The position numbers were made by a program, and so were the translations under genes. This document shows positions 1-10,500 of a DNA stretch of 64,000 nucleotides, piece after piece. Location: the NCBI RefSeq assembly GCF_001949145.1, contig NW_019091357.1:370801-434800 (forward strand), read 5' to 3'. Positions within the stretch are counted from its first letter, which is position 1, and the number at the start of each line of letters is the position of its first letter. The notes below the pieces were generated by a model. That model ran no database searches and had not been told where the DNA came from. It worked only from the letters and a program-made list of their open reading frames with translations. This stretch comes from Acanthaster planci. Lineage: Eukaryota.

Positions 1-430
1 GGGTAGGGGGTAAGCCTTGCATTTTTATTTAAACTGAGCGAAAATGAATTTTTGCTAAAAAATGAAAATGGTAAGGGGTAAGCCTTTTATTTTATTTAAA
101 ATGGACAAAAATGGTTTGTTTTGCTGAAAATTGAAAATGGTAAAGGGCCAGCCTTGCAATTTCTATGAAAAAGGGCCGAGGAATTTTTGCTCAAAATTTA
201 AATGGCAAGGGGAAGCCTTGTATATTTCTTTTCAAAATGAGCAAAACTGAATTTTTGCTGAAAATTCAAGATGTTAAGGGGTTAGCCTTTTTTTTATTCA
301 AAAGGGCAAGGTTTTAGTTTCACATTTTTATTAAAATGGGGAAAATTTTATTTTTGCTGAATATTCAAAAAGGTTAACCTTGCATTTTATTTTAAATGTT
401 TGCTGAAAATTGAAATGGGTGCGGAGTAAG
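1..430. repeat. Degenerate minisatellite, ~58-60 bp unit, ~7 copies, probably extending left of the window
   Basis: Recurring aaaatggtaaggggtaagccttgcatttt...gaatttttgctgaaaatt at ~60-bp spacing. Confidence 0.8.
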
Positions 431-1747
431 CCGTGTATTTTTTCATAATGGTCAAAAACAAATCCATACAATCAAAAATGAGAGAACTTTGTTACAATTC
501 AATACTCTTCTTTATTACGCTGTTTTAAAATAAAACAGTTGTGTGCTTTCTTTTCTTCATCGCTGTTTGGTTTTAACCAGCCCATGGCTCGTCAAAGTGA
601 ATATCAAAATGACCTTGATCCTTGACGGCAAACCAACAAATTGCTGGTTTTATCAACCAGTAAGAAGACTGACACCTTTCTGCAGGTGAGGAATGGCTTC
701 GTTGATATAAGATAATTTAGTTACTTTTTCATTCTCATCTTTGATTTAAATACAGTATCTTATTAACAATTGACCATTTGACCATTTTTAACAATTGACC
801 TTTGTAGCTGTTGGCAAACAATACAGCAGTATTCATGTTCAAAGAGCCTCACTTACATGTAATGTCCTGACCAAAAGACTAAATACAATTAAAGACAAAA
901 TTACAATGCAGAGAGGAGGCAAAAAAGTTTGAAGGAATGCGATAGTTACGGGGCTAGCTTCACAGTTCACTTTGTGCTGTTTGGGGTTGTGCAGGGGTGA
1001 ACCTAAGCTGTGTCTCTGCCCTGCATCTGAAAGAAGCCTGGCCAGGAAGCTGAAGCTAGTTTTTCCTCCTAATTCAGCCAAAAGAAAGCAAACACTTTTT
1101 TATCAATTATCCAGCATCCTTCCCCTAAAAAAGATTTCCAGAAAATAATCTACAAATCTACAAGTCCACAAATCATTCAAACATTCTTAAACTTGATAAA
1201 ATTGGGCAAATTTGCTAAATTTCTGACAGTGTCCTTGAAAACAGATATTTATCTCCAGAGTTTTTTTTGGGGGGGTGGGTCCTTTTCTTTCTGTAAATAA
1301 CGATAGCTTCCCATACTGCCACTAACTGAGTCTTGCCAGTAATAGCCCTTAGATTTCAAAGCTTTTGAAGCACCTTTATCAAGCGTATCTAACAGTCCTT
1401 CAACTCCCAACACAACACCATTTATCAAACTCCCACTTAACAGTTACATTTGCTTAACTTTGGACTGATTTCTTTTCTCATGGAATGTTTCCAACATTTG
1501 ATGACCTCCAAGGGCAGATTTGCACGTGCCCACTACAAGAAACTTTGACCACAACCAGTGACTGGTTGACTCTCAAAAGAATTAAGGGTAATCAGTTGCT
1601 ACTTTCCACAGTGGTATTAAAACAATGAAAAGGGACATTTATACTCCTGGTGTGTCATTCTGCCCATCAAGTCTAAAATAATAAAGTTAAAACACAGAAC
1701 ACAAACGGTAGGTTTGCATTCAAATATGCTAATAAAACAACATGTAC

Positions 1748-1840
1748 TTTAAAACAATTACAGGGGTTGTATGCATCATTTAAAACAATTCCAGGGGTTG
1801 TATGCATCATTTCAAACAATTCCAGGGGTTGTATGCATCA
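1748..1840. repeat. Tandem repeat, 31 bp x 3
   Basis: ttt(a/c)aaacaatt(a/c)caggggttgtatgcatca at 1748, 1779 and 1810. Confidence 0.95.
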
Positions 1841-3301
1841 TTTTATATGCTTCCAAATGAGGGTGGAGATTTATTTTCAATTTGAAAAACATTTACATTT
1901 TACAGGCATCGTTTAAAAAAAAAAAATGCCAGATTATCTCAATCAAAACGTAAAACCTCTAAACAAGGGCAGTTTTTGTTAAATGTTTGGGAAAATCTGT
2001 AAATGGCTTTGGAACTGTTTTGGTTAAACGTGTAAACGTTCCGCCCTTACAATGGACAAGTAGATAACTGGTCGCTAGAGTAGGAAAGTCCGTCCAAATA
2101 TGACATAATGCCTTATTGCCCTTCCATAATCTGTTATTTTTGAAATCTTGTTAAAAACCTAAATTGGACCAATTGTTTAAAACCTCACATCTTTGAAATG
2201 TCTTTTGTAGCAGATGTTTAGTGCTGAGATAAAGACAGAAAGTACAAGACAGTAAACTCACAAAATGCACTCATTACTCAGTAACGACAACACAAAGGGA
2301 AATTACTTTAAACTTGTGCAAAGGTGTTAAAAAGAGTTTCATTTGTCAAGAGCTTGAGCTGGGAATGGCAAATCAAAGTTCCATTTTAAAAAATATACTG
2401 CTATTGGTACAATTAAAAATTCCTCTTATTTCCACACAGAACTGCTCAATGAAATTACACCAAAGGTATCCTTTGTACACAAATTGACTAAGCTCAAGAA
2501 CCCCACTGAGCTGAAGAGGGTTACCAGCCTAAGAGCCATATAACGTGAACAGCTCTTAGCTGGTACACAGCTGAATTTAACTTAGCAAGACGAAACTAAG
2601 AAAGTCCTGTCCTGCACCCTTTCAACTGTTTGTTCAAGTTCTGTTGGCTCATTAAATAATAGATTTTCATAATTTTATCAGAGAGTAACAGCTTGAAATG
2701 GAAATCCTAGTGCATTTCCTGAACCAAGACTTAAATAGAGTACATGTTGCCGGTCCAAGATCATTATTCATGATCAATAACAGGTGTTCATGTTTTGACA
2801 TTTTGACTAATATACAGTACATGTACGTCACCAAAGTAGGCCTTCCACAAGGGCCTGTACATACCTTCGTCTGAAACATTTCCATGACAACCGACTAAAA
2901 ATGGATACTGAAGGATATCAAGGGAAAGATTATTTCAGGTTTTTGAGGGGAAAAACACATTGTTTTGGCCCTTCTTTGGTAAGAAATACCCAGAACTCAA
3001 TTGCAGCTTCTGTTTTTGTAACTGTATGACTGCATTAGAAAGACAAGTGCTGAATTTAGAGAGAACAGATCCTGACTTTTTTCCCCACCTTTTCTTTATT
3101 TTTAAATGAAGCACATGGGAAAGTGTACTCATTTCAACAATCCCTGTTTTCAGAGAATTGTTTTTTAAATTTTTTTGAAGGACGATAAATTAATGGCAGG
3201 CTTTTTACTGTAACATTAAGGTACATGTAACATTACAGTACATGTAGCTAGCATATAACAAAGGGAACATCATTTCGTTCGACAAAAAAGAAGACCTGTG
3301 A

Positions 3302-3395
3302 TGCAGACAGGTTGACTCAAGAATACAGCATTGGTTGTCATGACAACATCAAGTCGCACTGACGCATGATGCACTCTGACAGTAATCTGTCTGCA
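3302..3395. mobile_element. Small degenerate foldback element (MITE-like) downstream of the ArfGAP1 stop
   Basis: Terminal tgcagacag / ctgtctgca extends imperfectly for ~30 bp; internal palindrome gttgtcatgacaac. Confidence 0.45.
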
Positions 3396-4335
3396 AATGA
3401 CATGAAACCTTTTTCCTTGCCTTGCCGATGAGGGAATAAGAGAAAGCACATTTGTGACAGTCTACAGAAGGTGTCTTGAGGCCATTTTTCCTGTCATTTT
3501 GCTCTAAAGTGGATCAGAAAGAACAAACTAAGTTCTTTCTTTTGATGGACTAGGAGCATGCAGTCTGGCGTCCTGAGGAGATAAGAGCTGATGTGAATAA
3601 AAATTTTGATTTCCATTCTTTTCTAAGCCTCTGTTTCAAAAGTGTCTCTGATGACTTCCAATTCATTTTGTCACATTAAATGTCTCTCAAAGCTGCGTTT
3701 GCAAACACCCGTCCCCCTAAATAAATTCTGAATTTTAAACTTTCCATTAACATATTTCAAGGTTCTTTGAAACCCACTCCACTGTTGGCATTTTTCGTAG
3801 TAAGCACACATGCAAGAAATAAAAAACTCTCGAATTACTTTCACTTTTTGTTCTATGTCACTTCTTTTTGGGGGAGGGGGAGAGCACAGAGTTTAGGGTG
3901 AAGGTTTGTCAATTTAATACTACATCACATTATTCCTACCATCATCACATCAACTTTGTGCAAAAACAAAATTCCAAGCTTTTTGGGATAGTGTGGTTTA
4001 CTTGGGCATGTTCAATAATCTATTATTAGGGTAAGTCACACATCCACACATAAACCACCACTTTGCTCTTTATCAAGTGACAATTCTTCGGTCAGATCCA
4101 ATGATCTGGGCACTACACATCAAGAGAACGCTTAAGGTTGGATTGGACGCACAAAACAGGATACTAAGAATTTTGGGATTAATTTTCAAAGATTCATCCC
4201 ACAACAAAGGGTCTTACTTGTCACCATCTATGATAAGGCAGTATGGAGAGAAGAACCACTGGTCTAGTAGGATGATAATTACACTAGGGCTCATCAAGCA
4301 CCTTGCAGTCAATGATGTTCCTTTGTTGTACCTCA

Positions 4336-4543
4336 TCAGTCTTTTTTGCTGTTATTTCTTCTGGAGGATGAGGAGTTCTTCTTACTTGTCTTGATGTCAC
4401 TCTCGATGGCTTCCCACGCAGCTTCATCCCATCCTCCAGCATCATCCCAAGTCTCTTCCAGGGAAGTCACCTTCTTGGAGCTCGATGACTTCTTGGAGCC
4501 ATTTTTTCTTGTTCCATTGTTTGCTTTCTTAGAAGTTAATGCC
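4336..4543 (-). CDS. ARFGAP1: ArfGAP1 terminal exon 12 (ALTSKK...[18 protein letters not shown]...SKKD*)
   Basis: Pyrimidine tract plus an AAG acceptor (ctttcctttctcaag) gives the required phase; GWD..W tail; TGA at 4336-4338. The exact acceptor is less certain. Confidence 0.78.
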
Positions 4544-7500
4544 CTTGAGAAAGGAAAGCATAATGGCAGGTTATCATTCGCATTTTGGGTCATTCTAATT
4601 TTTGCTCTTAGACTCAGTTTTTACAAGAGACTGATACTGAGTATTTTTGGATACTCACGAGTCACCAAAATCCAGCAGCAAATCATCCTGCTCATTGGCC
4701 CAGGAATCCCAACTGTCACTTTCTTCCACTTTTGGCTGACTAGGTTGGATCTGGGGTGTGTCCTCCCAAGTGTCAGTGTTGCCCCACCCCCAGTTGGTAT
4801 CTTCAGTCTCATCTGGTGTCCTGGGAGGTGTGGGTGCATCGTGAAGTAAAGGAGTGTCACTTTGATCTGGATCCATTTGTCTGAGGGGTGGAAGTGAGGC
4901 AGAGAGGGATGCAGGTGGGTGAAGATATGAGGGTGAAATGCATGTATGATGTGAGTAATGTATAGTAAGGGGGGCAGGGTTACAAAGTGAGTAAAATGAG
5001 GAAGTATAAAAGATGGAGATAACAAGATGGAAGACAGGGTCATGAAAGGTGTAGAAAATGTACAATCAATGATGACAGAGGGTAGGCAAAGTGTGATGAA
5101 GGTTAGAGAGAATGTTGATGGAAAATGAAAAGAAAATGAGTGGAGAGTTCAGTTGAAAGGGTGTAAGAAAAACGGAAAAGGAAAACATCACAGAAAAAGG
5201 AAAAAATACAAAAACAAAAAAAATGAAAGGCATGGTAGGAAAGAAAGATGGGGAAAAAGGTAAATAAAGATGCCAAAGGGAAAAAGTACAAACCAAAGAA
5301 GGAAGTGAAACAGAAATGATAAAGCAAGATGCAAAGTTTGAAACATAAAAAAAGGAAAAAAAATTGCACAGAAGACAAGGAATGCAACAACAGAACAAGC
5401 AGAACAGTGACAATATGAAAAAGGCCATGAAATCACCAGTTCCAATGTTTTTTCAAGGTGTTGGTCAGTGACAATTTAGTGTGCAGTCCACAAAAAAGGT
5501 TAATAAAGAGGGTAAGATGAAAGGGGTACAAGACCACAGAAATAAGGGAGGGGAGGAGCCAGGAGGGGTGGACGGGAGGGGGGGGAGATAATACAGCTAT
5601 ATGTTAGGATGACTATGAAGTGATCAATGTACTCATTGGTGAAAAGAAAATTCCACAGAGCTGTTCATTACCGGTCTCCAATGAGATGACCCATTTCATT
5701 GATTAATTTCTTAACAGCTGAAACAACTAATTTCCTGTTTGCACCACACAGCACTGTGGAATTTTCCATTTCCTTGACACATGACAAGCAGGGGTAAGCA
5801 TTACGCTAATTGCTACAATATTTTCTGTTACTATGTGACAGATATGTAACCAGGCATCCTTCATTACAGGAGACCAATTGTCCGAAGAGGAACCATTTCA
5901 GTATGTGCGCAACCGATCATACAAAGAAATCCTTTGGGTGTCTCAAAATCACCCTGCCATTTTTTAATCAACCTGGGACGCCTGACTACATACCATACAC
6001 AGTGTACATTACCAGATAGAATGACAATGAATCTGCTTGATGTTATTAGACTAAGTTTTGTTAGACATTCTGTCGACAAACCAAGGCAGTTTCTGAGTTT
6101 CTGAGGGAATTAATGGTGAAACTATAACCCCTTTGAGTTGGCGAGTTAAATATGCCATGGGAAATCAAGATTAGAAAATGGAATTGAATCGAAGGCATAC
6201 ATGTTGATGTTTCTGAAAATGTGGTGTTAAATTTCCCCAATCACATCAAGTCAGGACCTCCGAGTCTCCACAGCAATAAATGGCTGGTAAGTTAGTCATG
6301 CCAACAAGTTTTTACTTCAAGTTATTTTTACAACAAATAATGTGGTATATCAGACAAACAAAGAGCTGCATTATAATATGAATATCTGCAATCATTCTGC
6401 TGAGAAAAATCCTACAAATACATCTCAGATAAACTGAAATAGAAACAGAAAACAAAACAAAAACCCTGAAATATGAAGATGTAGAAGAGTCTACTTATAA
6501 AGACATTTTAAGTAACATGCAATAAAATTGTGAGAGGACAGTATGCACACACACACAAAAAAAACTGACAAAAAATCAGTCCACCGTCTTCTACACAAAT
6601 GATTCGCTCCTGAAACCAATCAACAAATAAAACAGAATATGTAACCCCCAAAGCCCATACACCTGTACATCATGTATGTCCACGTACGTCGTGTGCATCG
6701 ACTTACGTTTCATTGCATGCCATTAATAAATGATAAAGTCACTACTTCCATTTTGTGTTTTAGTCAACAAAGCTCTCTCAAAAATTACCGAGTGCTTTTA
6801 ATAATCCTACATATGGGTCTATCCCTTGTTACTGAACACAGCTACCAATGTATCACCAAGCATTCGTGTCATTAGGTCCAAAGTCCAAAAAATTACATGT
6901 CTTAATGTTGAATATCTTCGTTTTTTAACGACCCTGTAACTTACGTAAACACAACAGCTGGCCTGGCATACATACATGAATTTCTGGAAACCAACAATGT
7001 GACTTTTTAGCATTGTTTTAAAAATACCAGTTACTACGGTACGTGTAGCTGTCAGCCAAATGATGTGATCTGTTTTCAATGCATTGGCGGTCCGTAATGG
7101 TTCATGACTCTGAATATACATGTCTGAGGTCTATCTTTAATTTCAACCATTCTGTTTAAAAAAAATACACAATCCTGCAAATACCAGTAATTTGGAAAGT
7201 TGCAAAAACAGCGTCAGCTTTCCTGAACATTTTTTAAAAAGTTTTTCGGAAATTATTTTAGTCCCCATGTTAAAAAATGCAAGGACATGCAGTGATCTAG
7301 TTAATTCACAAGACGTATAATCCATGGACCTTACATGTACATCATGAGACAGGTGGGAGTTATTTTATAAGTTCTTGAATAATGCCTTCCATATGCCTCT
7401 TGAATAATTCAAACTCAAGGATTTGAGAACCCAATGTGATTTTAGTCCAATCCTCATTACTGAGGGAGATATTTTTATCCAGGTTATGTATAAAAGACCA

Positions 7501-10500
7501 GGGGATCATTTTCTGTTTTAAAAATATAAGGTTACAAATGAAGGGCTTCAATTTGAAAAAAAAATGAGAGAGAAAAACTAGGGACATTAATAATGCAACA
7601 CCCAGACATGCCAGACAGCAAAGGCCAACTTGTACATGTTCATGTTTTACACATTTTGTCCGAAAGCCATTAATAGCGAATAGAAATGAACGAGAACTGA
7701 AGATGTTAACTGTCACTTCTCTGCGTTCACAACGGCGTTTCCAAGCATAAAAGAACTGTTTTTAGTTGATGGCCTTCAAATTCCCTAGCACATTAATAAC
7801 AGATGACCTGTAAACCACGATATCCACTGGACACAGGAAATTTGTAAACGTTCGTGTACATGTAAGGCACAACATGTCCAGCCATCAACAGCAGTGATGC
7901 ATCACAAATCTCGTTAATTTCACAGAATATATTAAATATGTCTGCTGGGTGTCTGCATGATAAACTTGAGTTTCAAAGTTCAGTATGATCATTGTTACCA
8001 TATGGCAAGCTTCGTTTCTTCAATTAAATATCAACTTTGCCATGATAGAAAGTCAGAAATTTCAAAACCAACATACATGTACAAGTCATCAATTTTGAAC
8101 TGACAGGTACAAAAATGCAATTCGAATAAAAATAGAAACCTTTTGAATTCTTTTTGTCTTGGAGAAACAAGGAAGAAAATACCGACCTGCTCAGGTAAAC
8201 GGAATTCTTTGTCAGTCTAAAATACTGGGCAATGTTTGTATAAGACTCTTGCTGAGTAAAACTCCCACAGGCATGGAGAAAAAATCAACGCTTCAATAGC
8301 ATATTTTTCTAACTTCTGAAGTTCAAAACAACACATGCCAAGAAGATCCAGAGTAAGGATGAAACACGCAACCGTTTTTTTTGGTTTTTTTTCCAAATGA
8401 CAAGATGCAATATAGTAGGCCTACCATTAAAGGAAACCAGCAGACTTAAAGCCGGCAGAAGAAGAAAGTGGACATCAAAAGTGATCATAAGAAAGCTAGA
8501 GATTGAGCTAGAATCAGATGAGTTTTTTTCCTCAACAAAGCTTTTTTCAGGCTATTGTATGGCCTAGTCCATAGAATTTCTGGATTTGTAAAAATTCAGA
8601 AAGAAATAACCCTAATGCCACTCCAAACAGTCCAACTGAGAAAGAAAGGGTCCTTCAGCTCAATACTTTCCCTCATTTCTGTTTTCCAAAGAGTAAATAC
8701 CAACCAAAGTTGGCTCAGCAGTAATAACTGCATCAGTCTACACGGACTCAGTCTTGTAATAAGTCACTCAATTTGTGATATGATTTGAGCCATTTTAACA
8801 TTGTGACTTGAGTCGAGTTGAGTCACTAGGTCAAGAAATTGAGTCAAGTTGAGTTACTTTGTGTAATTGAGTCAAGTGCTGAGCTTGTGTCAATTTGAGT
8901 GACAACCTTTGAACAAAATATAATAAATATGATCAATATAGGAGCAGTGCATAAGTGCAACTTCAAATATTTTTTTGGCCAAAACCATTTTGCTTTAAAT
9001 TTTTTGATAATCAAGTCTTATAAGATTGTACTCGAGTCGAGTCTCCATGAGAGATTCCAGTCGAGCTGTTTGATCACAGAGACTCAAGGAATCGAGTTGA
9101 GTTACCAAAAAATTGTGACTCGAGTCAGACTCGAGTTGAGTCATTTGTCTCGAGCCTTGACAACTCTGCATAGACTGCATGACAAAGAACCTCGTCAGCA
9201 TTGCCTATGCTGACACAATCTAATTATAATGATTGAAATACACAAACGTATCTTTCCTGGTCAATTACACTGGTTCATGTTGCAGGCATTTCCGTTATTT
9301 TTCATCCTTTGTGTCTCATGTGCCACGTACGGTACATCATGTACATGTGCTACAGGGGCAAAGGAGATGTCCTAAGAAGAATTTTTCTCTCACATCTTGA
9401 TCCCTCTCTGTAGTGTTCTTGACTTATTTCCTGATTCAATCTCCCCATCAATGCTAAATCCTTTTCACTTCCATTTATAAGATTTTATGTCTTTTTTAGT
9501 AATCAGAACAGTTTTTTTGCACTCTGTAAATGTTTCTATTAATACAGCAAGTCACGTCACACTACTAGCAGATGACATCATTACAATTTCTCTAAACTTG
9601 TTTCAATCTGCATTGTGTTATAATAATGATGAGCACACATGCAGTTGTGTTCCTGTTGATCGACATAAAACACCTTTAATATTAAGCTCAGTAGATAATG
9701 GCATCACCATGACAACAACTGGAACTCAAAGTGCATTTTTGACGGTTCATGTCTTTCAGCCAGACTTTTGCATAAACGTTCAAGTACATGTACAAATACT
9801 CTCCTTACCAATGAGCACATGTACTTAAGCAAATTGGAAAATTCTTCGTTTTGTTATTGTCCATCCAAAATGCATGACTTTCTAAGTTACATTTGCACAG
9901 CTAATTATTATAAACGCCTTCATACCAGGAGGAGTCCACAGCCGCGGCTCTGTGTAAGGATTAGTGCATACCATACGTACAGTCTATTCACCATGCAGCT
10001 GCTGGTTCAATGGGGCTTGCTGCTGGACAGGGCTTTGCATACTGCAATCCAGCAGTCACGGTCAAAAGAATCCCGGTATGAAGGGGTTAATCACAAAAAA
10101 GACAGCTTGTTTACTGCCTATCATCATCTTGTTTACATATTTTGGAATTCAGGATGTCCCATCATTCATGTTAAATACACAGCATAAATTTCAAAGTTTG
10201 TACATGAAGTGCACAAATTCTATTTTACAACCTGCCTCCAACCTCAGACGGCAAATTCTTACCTTAACCTTTCTCTCTTCTCACTTGCCTCTTTGCCGGG
10301 CATGAGTAGTGACTCTGCTGTAGGTGTGTCATCAACTGAATCTAATGTTGTCGGGTTATCGGTGAATATACTTGTGAAATCCTTCCAACCTTTGGAGGTG
10401 CTGGCTGCAAACTAAGCAGATATGTTGGACAAAAGAGCAAGATGACACAAAGGCGCTAACTACTGTATACACAGAACCTCACTTTTCACAAAGGGGGCAA

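Noticed and set aside
1748..1840. 31-bp repeats as a CRISPR array (also the 1-430 and 63550-63674 repeats)
   Set aside because: The units are tandem without unique spacers, there are no cas genes, and the context is eukaryotic.
4544..4596. Alternative in-frame acceptor (ttag at 4595-4596) adding MTQNAND... to exon 12
   Set aside because: It would leave a 64-nt intron with no pyrimidine tract; the AAG at 4544-4546 has a proper tract.
4077..4849. Plus-strand ORFs of 105 and 167 aa
   Set aside because: They are antisense shadows of ArfGAP1 exons 11-12 and the 3'UTR, with no recognisable domain.
5066..5445. Phe/Leu/Ser/Cys-rich ORFs in all three minus frames, resembling membrane proteins
   Set aside because: They are a by-product of the pyrimidine-rich, AG-free intron tract, in which TAG stops are impossible.
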